Below are positions 51,033 to 60,450 of a stretch of DNA of 64,000 bases, piece by piece (position 1 is the stretch's first letter; each line of letters begins with the position of its first letter). The notes below the pieces were generated by a model that worked only from the letters and a program-made list of their open reading frames with translations, did no database searches and was not told the origin of the DNA. Source of the stretch: Candidatus Poribacteria bacterium (GTDB lineage: Bacteria > Poribacteria > WGA-4E > WGA-3G). The translations under genes were made by a program, and so were the position numbers. The stretch covers positions 96,001 through 160,000 of the forward strand of contig CBDBFU010000026.1 of NCBI GenBank assembly GCA_965205025.1, in the 5' to 3' direction.

Positions 51033-52134
51033 TAACCTCCAGTTGATCCAGGCGCGTTAAAAGGTCTTTAGCGAAAATATGGAAACCTATTTTTGTATTT
51101 TCATATAGTTGTCTATTGCCCGAAATTGTGCTCTTATCTTCCTTCTCCAAGTTTTCACAACTTGGGACTTCCCACATCGGCATTCTGTATTTTTGAGCCA
51201 TATTCGGACGTGTTGAATAGGAGTGCATAATAGCCGTTGCTCCGACAGGATCTTCTAATTGTTCGTTAGTTAGATGTTTTCTGTGGTCAGGGTCAATATA
51301 TTCTTGAATTGTGGTAGGAATCTGTTTGGCATAGTTCTGATGTGCCTGAGATAAATCCCATTCCCCTGATCCGGCGTATCTCTTTGCATTGAAAATTGTG
51401 AATCCCAAAAAGCTGACGAAATTTTCAGGAAAATGGCTTAATTTTGCATCGGAGAGTAGGTTAAATATCGTATCAAAGTCGCGCTTCCAACTTTTAAGGG
51501 ATTTACCGATATTTTGTATGCCGTAAAGCGAAAACATATCTGGCATACAAGGAATGAGAAATCCATCTACAGTGGATATGATGACTTTATTAAGTATGCC
51601 AAGACTTGGTGATGTATCAATTACAACATAGTCATAGGAATAATTTTTTGCATAGACTTCGCAAAAATTTCGGATTTGTGTTACAGTCCGAATTGCAAGT
51701 GGGTCCCCGCCATATACATCGTTCCATCGACTCGCAATTTTGTCTTCGTAAGTATGTATTGAAAGTCTGCCCGGAATCATTCCTAAATTATTGTGTAGTT
51801 TAAGAGGTTGTGCAAGATGTCTCGGTGTATCCGTTCCGTCTTCTGTTGGCTTTAAACTAAAATGAATAGAACGGACACCACAGACGATCTCTTCAAACTC
51901 ATCCTGGGATTTTTCATCACGTGCTTGAACAAAATCATCTATAAATGCCTCCTCAACCTGCCAGATGTTGTGTAATTCTTCTGGGTCCAATCCAAATAGT
52001 GTTAGATTCGATTGTGGGTCTAAATCAATAAGTAGTGTTTTATAACCTAACTCGGCAAGTGCGTACCCAAGATGATAGGTCAAAGTTGTTTTACCAACGC
52101 CTCCTTTATTGTTGAATACGGCGATTGACTTCAT
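51022..52134 (-). CDS. ParA/Soj-family ATPase with insertions
   Basis: AAGGAGG RBS, MKSIAVFNNKGGVGKTT, IDLDPQSNLT, IDTSPSLG; 370 aa. Confidence 0.92.
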   Translation of the reverse strand: MKSIAVFNNKGGVGKTTLTYHLGYALAELGYKTLLIDLDPQSNLTLFGLDPEELHNIWQVEEAFIDDFVQARDEKSQDEFEEIVCGVRSIHFSLKPTEDGTDTPRHLAQPLKLHNNLGMIPGRLSIHTYEDKIASRWNDVYGGDPLAIRTVTQIRNFCEVYAKNYSYDYVVIDTSPSLGILNKVIISTVDGFLIPCMPDMFSLYGIQNIGKSLKSWKRDFDTIFNLLSDAKLSHFPENFVSFLGFTIFNAKRYAGSGEWDLSQAHQNYAKQIPTTIQEYIDPDHRKHLTNEQLEDPVGATAIMHSYSTRPNMAQKYRMPMWEVPSCENLEKEDKSTISGNRQLYENTKIGFHIFAKDLLTRLDQLEVNDG

Positions 52135-52376
52135 TTTTGTTTCCTCCTTTGTCAGTGCACCATGTATCATTGCTATCTGTAGATTACACAGGTGTTTATT
52201 AAAATTGTTCCTGATAGAATTCCTTAACGTGAGTTGTATAATCAATAGGAATGTGTGAGAAAGAAGAATCTTAAGGTATAACAAAGTAAGCAGTCACTAA
52301 AGAGATTTTCATTATAACACTTTTATTGTATATAGACAAATTTTTTGCATCTATCATCTGAAATTGAATTAATCCA

Positions 52377-53511
52377 ACGACTTGTGCCAGTTAACTAAAT
52401 GTAAAATATCTAATACTATTATGCGTAGACAACATCTTTGAGTGCCATTAACTTTCGTCCTAAACACTTATTCAAGAAAACACCGAGTGTAAAACCACTA
52501 AACTTATTGCTCAAGCGTGTCCTAAATCCCCAATGGGTCCGAGCTCGTATGCGTCCAATGCTAAACTGATTTGAAAGTTGACTTATCGTAGTCTCAATAC
52601 GCCTTCGTATCTTTTGATGTAGCTTTTGAAATGACTTCGGGTATTGTTCTTTCTGATTCGTACGCCGCGTCGGTAATAGACATACATTATACTGTTCAAG
52701 GAGTTCTGCCTCAAGTTTTTCAGATATATACCCTTTGTCTCCGATGATAACAGGATAAGTGCCTCGTTCACAAAACAATGGAAGCACTTGTCGATCATCT
52801 GTATCTGCGATAGCGACGGCAAAATCAACAGGGAGTCCATAAGCTGTTGTTATCAAACTACACCGGAACCCAAAGAAGGTATCAAGTCCCTTTGTAGCAC
52901 ACTTCCCGAAAGTTGCCAAAGTGCCATTACCATCAGCACATTTCAAAGGTGAAGCAGAAGTTGGGACTCGTTTGAAATCGCAAAGAGGTATAGGAAAACT
53001 ATCAACAATGTAAATGTCATCATCCGGTAGCATTTTTACGAGGACATTTCGGAGTTTTTCGCTTGCAGAGCACAAATTCCTTCGCCTTCGATTGAAACGA
53101 GAGCGTTCTGGCAAATGTGGAAACAGATGACCGAGTTGTACTTTCACAAGTTTGTATCCTGCGAGTTCGCTGTCTTTTCCTATGAGTTCGAATAGCCATG
53201 CGATTGTAATAATGTCGCTATCTGGGCAGGGACTGACGGGGCCTGGTCGAAGCGTTTCCGCTCTGGGAAAGTAGGTATCATAAAGTTTGGCAATGATTTT
53301 CTGGCAGACACTGGCAACATTTTCAAGTGTTCGTTCATTATTTTTGAGTTGCATAACATACTTTTCTAATGTATCCTTTAGTTCCATCCTTATAGTTCCT
53401 TTTTATTGTAGATTTACTAAAGGATACCATAAGGATGGATCTAATAAAAAGAAAAAGATTAAACTTGTGAATTTCAATATTACATAAAAAGAACTAACTG
53501 GCACAAGTCGT
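52377..53511 (-). mobile_element. Complete IS982-family insertion sequence (1135 bp)
   Basis: Perfect 17-bp terminal IRs ACGACTTGTGCCAGTTA (52377-52393 / 53495-53511); 7-bp target duplication TAATCCA (52370-52376 / 53512-53518). Confidence 0.92.
52419..53387 (-). CDS. IS982-family DDE transposase
   Basis: FPHLPERSRFNRRRR, IVDSFPIP, GDKGY, RRRIETTISQL. Confidence 0.92.
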   Translation of the reverse strand: MELKDTLEKYVMQLKNNERTLENVASVCQKIIAKLYDTYFPRAETLRPGPVSPCPDSDIITIAWLFELIGKDSELAGYKLVKVQLGHLFPHLPERSRFNRRRRNLCSASEKLRNVLVKMLPDDDIYIVDSFPIPLCDFKRVPTSASPLKCADGNGTLATFGKCATKGLDTFFGFRCSLITTAYGLPVDFAVAIADTDDRQVLPLFCERGTYPVIIGDKGYISEKLEAELLEQYNVCLLPTRRTNQKEQYPKSFQKLHQKIRRRIETTISQLSNQFSIGRIRARTHWGFRTRLSNKFSGFTLGVFLNKCLGRKLMALKDVVYA

Positions 53512-53543
53512 TAATCCAGTTTAGGAAGATGTTCCCTTTATCA

Positions 53544-56500
53544 TCATTCTTGCCTTTTTAAATTTGCCCATCGCGAAGTACGTTTACCATTAGCAGACAC
53601 AAGTCCTCTCAAGCGAACAGTGGATAACTGTGCCCGAACACCTGCATGCGACACATCTTCTATCCGATAATAATAGACAGTATTTGGTTTAGCAGTGGTA
53701 TCAGTCCACGTATACTCGTTGCGTTTACCTGTAGTGCCAGCACCTTGTATCATTGTTGGGTTGATAACTGTGAATTCGCCATCCTTTGTTTCACTGCGGT
53801 AGATATAGAAACCTGCGTTGTCTACCTCTGATTCGGTTGTCCAGTTGAGAACAATGCCTGCATCGGTGTACTCTGCTCGGAAATGGGATAGGTTGACAGG
53901 TAATGCACCGCCACTTCTAACACCGGGAGCACCGATATCATCAGGATGTCCATAATAGATAGTAGCGCGAGTGAGGAGTTCGGTGTCTTTTGCGGAAATC
54001 CATCCAGCTTCCTCAGTTCCAAGTCGTGGCATCTCATCGTCATATCGACGAATCATTGAAGTCCGAGTACCTTCCCTCGTCATACCAATTGGCAGTGTCC
54101 AGTTTGCCTTACCGTTAACATTGAGGTTCCCTACCGAGTCAATTAGTTTATCAGATTTCGTCAGTTTGATTTGGAATCTTTTTTCACTCAACACTGGACT
54201 CTGTAAATTGGGATATTGCGTGCCGAGGATATAAACTTGATTCTTTGGGAAATTGTCGGAGAATCGTCCTTGTTTTGAAACAATTAAGAGTGTATCCTGA
54301 GGTTTAATTTTCCAATTTTTAAAGTTGATTGTTACATTCAGCTTTCCATTAAAGTCTGCTGATTGTCGGTTGTGAATTTCAAGTTTCCAGTTATTTAGAT
54401 TTACCGTGTCTGCTTTTGACGGATTGTAAAGCTCTATCCACTGCGGCAGACTACCGCCATTTGAAGAAACCATAATCTCACTTATGACGATTTGATAAAG
54501 TAAATCGTCACCAATGTTATCTTTGATAATTCCTGTATGATCGGGATGTTCACAAGGGGTAGTATCGGTTGGGAGTTCCGTGTCCATTATATCTGTCAGT
54601 GAACGTTCAGATGTTCCTGTTGGCATAACAGGGATGGACTCAAGCTTCTGTGTGCTCTTTTGGAATTGCGACAAGTTGTCCATTCTCATCGTTCCCCTGC
54701 CGCCGGTTGCTTCATAAAAATTATAGGATTGATTGAATTCGTCATTGCCAGCGTAACTGAACCATGATACGGTTTCACTTACTGTCTGCAATTTTCCTCT
54801 GACCACAGGGTGATTTTTATCAATCAAAAGAATAGCTGCCGCTCGAAAATCTCGTTGAGCCTGTGAGTGATCTGGAATACGGTTCCCATGCTCCGCAATG
54901 ATATTTTCAATCGTATATGTCTTGATACTGCTTGCGGTAAATACTAAGTTTCCATTGATCAAAACATTATTTCCGTTTTCATCAAGAAATGGGGCACCAT
55001 CCTCTGCCACCAGCAAATCCGGAACTTTTTCTGGCGGGATAAAGCCTGCCAAATACAATTCAATAGGACTGTAAGGTTCAATGTTATGTGCGTATCCAGC
55101 CAACGTAAAATCCCCAGCGGTATACTTATTATCGCCATGATTCACCAGATTTTTAGCATCAAAACCGCCAAGTTGGCCATTAGCACTAGTAAAATGCCAA
55201 TGTGGAGCATACTGAGGCACAATGTGGTTTGCCCACCGATGCATTACCTCGTGCAACGTAGGACCGTTACTCATGGCGAAATAGTACGTAAAGTGAATTA
55301 CACCCTGAAGTTTGCCGGGTTGTCCCCATCGGTTGTTAAAATAAGAGTCAAGGCCAATGCCTTGTATATCGTTCTTCACAGTAGAGTACTGCCCGAAATA
55401 TCCGTGTCTATCTTCACCAAAGTCAAGATTTGAGATAATCATCAGAAAATCAAAACTATCTTCAAAATAAGTATAAAATTTTTCTGCATAAGTTGTCAGT
55501 GGCAATCCGCCAGTGGTAAGGTCTTCTGAAACAGGTAAAACGAATACATTGTCGTTGTAGATTTTCGGTACATCATCAACAGTGAGGAGAATTTCGTTTG
55601 CAGGGTCGGCAAGATCGTCAAAATCAACTTCCACGCCTCTTGCTTGAAGGGTTGGTATGTGTGTATTGATAGATTGGGTATTGAGTGGATTTTGCCTAAC
55701 ATCAAGTGCGGCTTCGTCACAAAATCCTTGGTTGTCCACCAGCGGTGAAATATCTGCAATATTGTTCTCTTGTAGCCACAAAGTCTTTAAATTAGTTAGA
55801 CCTGAGAGTGGTGTAATGTCTGTAAGGTTGTTCCTATGAAGCCACAAAGTCGTTAGGTTAGTTAGACCCGACAATGCTGAAATGTCTGTTAGGTTATTAC
55901 TTCCAAGCCGCAAAGTCGTTAGATTAATTAGACTTGCTAATGCTGAAACGTCTGTAACGTTGGTGCCGACTCCTAAAAAAGTCAGGTTGGTCAGCCCCGC
56001 CAGTGGTGTGATATCCGTGATCCTGTTATAGCCAACGTCAAGGTGTTTTAGGTTTGCCAAATCGGAAAGCACAGTAATGACCGTAATATAGTTAGCAGAG
56101 ATATCTAGGGATTCTATGTTAGTCAATTTTGAGAGTGGGGTAATATCAGTAATGTCGTTGTAGTACGCGCTCAAGCGCTTCAAATTGGTTAATTTTGATA
56201 ATGGCGACAAGTCAGATAATCTATCATTACTGCCAACATCCAAAACTTTCAGATTAATTAGACCTGATAGCGGCGAGAGGTCGGTAATATTGTTGTTCCA
56301 TAGACGCAATTCCATCAGATTGATTAAACTTGATAAAGGCGTGAGGTCTGTGATGTTACTATTGGTAGGAATGTTTATGTACGTCAACTTGGTTAGATCT
56401 GCCAAGGGTGAGAGATCCGATATTTCGTTAAGGTTGATCCATTGGTGTTGTTCAGGTGACCAATAGTGAGAGGACAGATGTAAATATGTTAAGTTCGTGG

Positions 56501-56747
56501 CAAACTGAAGTCCTTCCAAGCTGTTAACACCTTTATTTGCTTTAAGGTGCGTCAATGATTTCATTTCAGCCTTGGTAATCGTTTCACCACTTGCTTTGTC
56601 CAGAGCGTCCCCAACCATCGCTCTTAAATTGACATCAGGAATATTGACTGTCTCTGCACCGTAAATTGTACCTTGTGTACCAAAGGCTATCAAGAGGATA
56701 ACTAAAATAGATTCGAGGAAGTTTCGATTGATGATTTGCGGTTTCAT
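53544..56747 (-). CDS. Secreted internalin-like LRR + zincin peptidase + lamin-tail domain + C-terminal Ig-like domain
   Basis: Signal peptide; IPDVNLR cap and ITDLSPLSGLxNL repeats; LHEVMHRW; IVISEIM..QWIELYN; LPVNLSHFRAE...GKRTSRWANLK. Confidence 0.88.
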   Translation of the reverse strand: MKPQIINRNFLESILVILLIAFGTQGTIYGAETVNIPDVNLRAMVGDALDKASGETITKAEMKSLTHLKANKGVNSLEGLQFATNLTYLHLSSHYWSPEQHQWINLNEISDLSPLADLTKLTYINIPTNSNITDLTPLSSLINLMELRLWNNNITDLSPLSGLINLKVLDVGSNDRLSDLSPLSKLTNLKRLSAYYNDITDITPLSKLTNIESLDISANYITVITVLSDLANLKHLDVGYNRITDITPLAGLTNLTFLGVGTNVTDVSALASLINLTTLRLGSNNLTDISALSGLTNLTTLWLHRNNLTDITPLSGLTNLKTLWLQENNIADISPLVDNQGFCDEAALDVRQNPLNTQSINTHIPTLQARGVEVDFDDLADPANEILLTVDDVPKIYNDNVFVLPVSEDLTTGGLPLTTYAEKFYTYFEDSFDFLMIISNLDFGEDRHGYFGQYSTVKNDIQGIGLDSYFNNRWGQPGKLQGVIHFTYYFAMSNGPTLHEVMHRWANHIVPQYAPHWHFTSANGQLGGFDAKNLVNHGDNKYTAGDFTLAGYAHNIEPYSPIELYLAGFIPPEKVPDLLVAEDGAPFLDENGNNVLINGNLVFTASSIKTYTIENIIAEHGNRIPDHSQAQRDFRAAAILLIDKNHPVVRGKLQTVSETVSWFSYAGNDEFNQSYNFYEATGGRGTMRMDNLSQFQKSTQKLESIPVMPTGTSERSLTDIMDTELPTDTTPCEHPDHTGIIKDNIGDDLLYQIVISEIMVSSNGGSLPQWIELYNPSKADTVNLNNWKLEIHNRQSADFNGKLNVTINFKNWKIKPQDTLLIVSKQGRFSDNFPKNQVYILGTQYPNLQSPVLSEKRFQIKLTKSDKLIDSVGNLNVNGKANWTLPIGMTREGTRTSMIRRYDDEMPRLGTEEAGWISAKDTELLTRATIYYGHPDDIGAPGVRSGGALPVNLSHFRAEYTDAGIVLNWTTESEVDNAGFYIYRSETKDGEFTVINPTMIQGAGTTGKRNEYTWTDTTAKPNTVYYYRIEDVSHAGVRAQLSTVRLRGLVSANGKRTSRWANLKRQE
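53593..53795. repeat. 203-bp segment identical to 57047..57249
   Basis: By-eye base comparison from GCAGACACAAGTCC to CCTTTGTTTCACT found no mismatch. Confidence 0.85.
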
Positions 56748-56994
56748 ATCTCCTCCTTGAGGGTTTTCTGTGAAATATTGATCATATAGTCTGGTCTAAT
56801 ACTCTTGTCTCACACTTACCTAAGTATCAGAAAATATAACATAAGTCCAATAAATGTAAAAACAGGTCTGTTTTCAGGGTTATTAGTTTTCAAAAATTTC
56901 GGAACTTTTTTACTATTTCGTTAACGCTACATGATAGCATCGTGTATGGTTCTTTAGTCCCGTTAGAGGCTTAATCGGTTACTCATATTCAGAC

Positions 56995-59487
56995 CTAATC
57001 ACTCTTGCCTTTTAAATTTGCCCATCGCGTAGTCCGTTTACCAGCTGCAGACACAAGTCCTCTCAAGCGAACAGTGGATAACTGTGCCCGAACACCTGCA
57101 TGCGACACATCTTCTATCCGATAATAATAGACAGTATTTGGTTTAGCAGTGGTATCAGTCCACGTATACTCGTTGCGTTTACCTGTAGTGCCAGCACCTT
57201 GTATCATTGTTGGGTTGATAACTGTGAATTCGCCATCCTTTGTTTCACTACGGTAGATATAAAATCCGGCATTGTCTACCTCCGATTCAGTTATCCATTT
57301 GAGGACAACACCTTCATCAGTCCTTTCCGCACGGAAACGCGAAAGATTTACAGGTAATGGCTTGTTATAATTATTTGTAAGATATATCTTAGCATCAGGA
57401 TTTCTTCTCAATAGTGTAAGTAAAGGCTTACGGGTCTTAATTGGGTTATTTACAAGACTCATAAATCTAAGGTTAATGAGTCCTATCAATGGACTAAGGT
57501 CGCTAATTTTATTATTCGCAAGTGCTAACATTTCTAATTTATTTAACCCTGAAAGTGGGTTCACATCCACAATTTGATTCTCAGCAAGACTTAACCATTG
57601 TAAATTTGTTAGCTCTGAAAGTGCACTTATATCGCTAATGTGATTTTCACCAAGTCCTAAACTTTTTAAGTTATTCAGTTTTGCGACAGGTTTTATATCT
57701 ATAATTTGGTTTTTAGATAGATCAAGTGATGTTAAGTTTGTCATTTGGGAAATTGGTCTTATGTTACTAATTTGATTTAGCCTGAGATCCAAACGAGTAA
57801 GATTCTTTAGTGTTGCAATTGGGGCTATGTCGGTAATTTGATTCTGAACAATTGATAAACTTTGTAATTCTTCTAATTCTGAGAACAGTGGAATATTGAC
57901 AATATTATTTTCTTGCATACTTATGCTTTTAATATTTGTCAAAGATGATAAAGGTGATATATCACTGAGTGGACTTTTGTAAATTCGTATGCTTTCAAGA
58001 TTTACTAACTCTTCCCATCTGACCGGACTTATATCACTAACCCGAACGTTCTCAAGTTCTAAGTTTTGTAAGTTTGTCAAAGATGAAATGGGTGTTATAT
58101 CACTAATAGGATTATCCACAATGACCAAATATGTTAACTCACGCAATGATGTAATCGGAGTTATATCGACAATATTATTCTCGCTAATAATAAGATCTTC
58201 TAAATATGCTAATTCTGAAACTGGTTGAATATTACTGATATTATTATTTCTTATACTTAATTGCGTTAGCTCTTTCATCTTTGAAATTGGAGAAATATCA
58301 TGGATTTGATTAGGTAGTAATACTAATCTACGTAAACGTATTGCATGTTCAAGACCTGTAAGATCAGTTATTTGATGTTCAGGGACAACAAATTCTGTTA
58401 ATGTTAACATATCTATTTGGGTGATGTCAGTACCCTGGGATAATCCAATCGCTTCTCGTAATGCTGATGCCAAATTCGGATCAGGTATAGTAATACCTTC
58501 GGCTTGTGCTAATATATTTGTTAGATCGATGGGAAATGTGTTCCATATAAAGTTCCCGTTTTTATCTATGACTATTATTGTTACGGAATTACCACCTATC
58601 AAGTCAGTTGTTACAAATTCTACAATGGTAGTTGTTTTATCATCTAACCGTTTACAACCAATTATGGTTGCATCACCAAATGGTTTAAATAAATGTGCTT
58701 GGTAAAGTCCATCAGGGTCAGATACCTCAAATTGTAGTCGTATCGCATGTGGCGGTGAATCAAGAACTGGTGTAAGCATTTGCACACTTGTGTTCTGATT
58801 GAAAGGTTTTTGTGTCGTGTTAAAATATCTATGCACATCTAACCATTCAGCAACACAAAACGATGAAATCATCCAATCTCTTGCTGGTGATAGTTCTGTA
58901 TAAATCCGTTTGGCAGACACACGACTATCATGTTGTAATCCAAATGCATGTCCTAATTCGTGTATAGTGGCATGAAGATCAATGGCAGGTAACAACACCG
59001 TTCCACGTCGGCTATCTCCACCTCCCCGACCTAATATAATATTTCCACCACTATTGTGATTAGTACCGTCAAGGTAATGATCCTTGCTTTCTAATACCAA
59101 AACATATATATTATCTGATCTATCAAAATGCTCGTCAACTTCAGTCCACACTATAGATGAACCAGTTGACCTATTCTGGTAATATAGATCATTAAATTCA
59201 CCCCTAAGATGATGCACCAAAACATTACCATTTGCGTCAGCTTCAAATCTAAATGTCTTCCTTTCAAAGCCGTGTGCTTCCATCTGGTCAGCATAGAATT
59301 GTTGTGCTTCTTTTATTTCTGTATCCAATATATTGTCTATGTCAGGTCTCGGTTGAAGGTCATTCGGTATAAAATAGATTACCCGTATGACATATTGTGG
59401 TGATATGTTTTGTGCAAAACTGTTTGGTACAAACGCAAACATTACAAAAATGAATAGTGTAAATATAAAGCATAACCTCGTTTTCAT
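56995..59487 (-). CDS. Secreted metzincin-like peptidase + internalin-like LRR + C-terminal Ig-like domain
   Basis: Signal peptide; HELGHAFGLQH; IPDPNL cap and many LRRs; LPVNLSRFRAE...GKRTTRWANLK. Confidence 0.88.
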   Translation of the reverse strand: MKTRLCFIFTLFIFVMFAFVPNSFAQNISPQYVIRVIYFIPNDLQPRPDIDNILDTEIKEAQQFYADQMEAHGFERKTFRFEADANGNVLVHHLRGEFNDLYYQNRSTGSSIVWTEVDEHFDRSDNIYVLVLESKDHYLDGTNHNSGGNIILGRGGGDSRRGTVLLPAIDLHATIHELGHAFGLQHDSRVSAKRIYTELSPARDWMISSFCVAEWLDVHRYFNTTQKPFNQNTSVQMLTPVLDSPPHAIRLQFEVSDPDGLYQAHLFKPFGDATIIGCKRLDDKTTTIVEFVTTDLIGGNSVTIIVIDKNGNFIWNTFPIDLTNILAQAEGITIPDPNLASALREAIGLSQGTDITQIDMLTLTEFVVPEHQITDLTGLEHAIRLRRLVLLPNQIHDISPISKMKELTQLSIRNNNISNIQPVSELAYLEDLIISENNIVDITPITSLRELTYLVIVDNPISDITPISSLTNLQNLELENVRVSDISPVRWEELVNLESIRIYKSPLSDISPLSSLTNIKSISMQENNIVNIPLFSELEELQSLSIVQNQITDIAPIATLKNLTRLDLRLNQISNIRPISQMTNLTSLDLSKNQIIDIKPVAKLNNLKSLGLGENHISDISALSELTNLQWLSLAENQIVDVNPLSGLNKLEMLALANNKISDLSPLIGLINLRFMSLVNNPIKTRKPLLTLLRRNPDAKIYLTNNYNKPLPVNLSRFRAERTDEGVVLKWITESEVDNAGFYIYRSETKDGEFTVINPTMIQGAGTTGKRNEYTWTDTTAKPNTVYYYRIEDVSHAGVRAQLSTVRLRGLVSAAGKRTTRWANLKGKSD

Positions 59488-59541
59488 GCGTTGTTCTCCT
59501 CATTTACAAGATTCTTTCATCACTGATAACAAAATTTTTCC

Positions 59542-60351
59542 CTAACCGTATGCACCACTATTGAGGAATCCTAACAATCTACGCAGTCTTGGGTTAGCAT
59601 CCTTATAGACTGATTCCGGCATTACGTAATTCATAAACGGTTTGTATTTATGCCCTACCAGACGACGTGCATAGGTAATCTGTGTAATGTATCGGGTGCA
59701 TTGACTTTGATTCGGACCACCCCGGTGCCATACCTGATTGTTGAACATTATTACACTTCCCGCCTTACCGAGATTATATTGAATGTTGTCTTCCCACTTT
59801 GTTCCATCTATTGGGTTAGGGGGTGATGCCCCAAAAAGATGAGAACCGGGTATAACTTCTGTCCCACCATGTTCGACCTCTGTAACATCTGTCAGGTAGT
59901 AATTCGCAGTGAATAGGATGACAGGAAGGCGTACATTCGTTGGGGGTTCGCCATCAGTGACAATATAGTGTGGTGAATCGTCTTGGTGCCAAGAAGTAAT
60001 GCCACCACCCGGACGTGTTTGGAAGGAATTGTTGTGAATAATATGACATTCACCAGGAATCAGTGCTTCCGCAAACGATACAATTGGTTCAATATCAAAC
60101 AACCTTAGGTTCGCTTTACTATGTTCGAACATACGATGCGAAAGATGCATTGTAGATTCCATTGTTCCACTATTTAAACCGTTTGGATTGTTTTTGAGAG
60201 CCCATTCTAAATCCTCTCGTAGTTCTGCACAATGGTCAGGCGTTAATACATCCTGTAGAAATAAACACCCATCACGGTTGAAGCTTTCGACCCATTCCTG
60301 TATCTGTTCTGAACTAACTTCTTGTTCTGACAAATAGCGTGTTTCAGACAT
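59542..60351 (-). CDS. Phytanoyl-CoA dioxygenase family (PhyH) protein
   Basis: FNRDG, WHQD, PGSH, FNNQVWHRG. Confidence 0.9.
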   Translation of the reverse strand: MSETRYLSEQEVSSEQIQEWVESFNRDGCLFLQDVLTPDHCAELREDLEWALKNNPNGLNSGTMESTMHLSHRMFEHSKANLRLFDIEPIVSFAEALIPGECHIIHNNSFQTRPGGGITSWHQDDSPHYIVTDGEPPTNVRLPVILFTANYYLTDVTEVEHGGTEVIPGSHLFGASPPNPIDGTKWEDNIQYNLGKAGSVIMFNNQVWHRGGPNQSQCTRYITQITYARRLVGHKYKPFMNYVMPESVYKDANPRLRRLLGFLNSGAYG

Positions 60352-60372
60352 GAGGATCTCCTATAATCAGAA

Positions 60373-60399
60373 ATAGGTGGAGTTGGAAACCCCACCTAT
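60373..60399 (-). terminator. Stem-loop between the DUF350 and PhyH genes (terminator or REP-like)
   Basis: Minus strand ATAGGTGGGGTT-TCC-AACTCCACCTAT, a 12-bp stem with one G-U pair. Confidence 0.5.
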
Positions 60400-60450
60400 A
60401 AAATGTCAACAAACAGTTATAGATATAAGTATGTGTTTGTAGTTGAATTA

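Noticed and set aside
51022-52134. Plasmid or chromosome partition locus
   Set aside because: No parB, parS-like repeats or replication gene adjacent; the ATPase is coupled to a synthetase gene instead.
53593-57249. Diversity-generating retroelement template/variable repeat pair
   Set aside because: The core is identical, flanking mismatches are not adenine-specific, both copies are coding, and there is no reverse transcriptase in the window.
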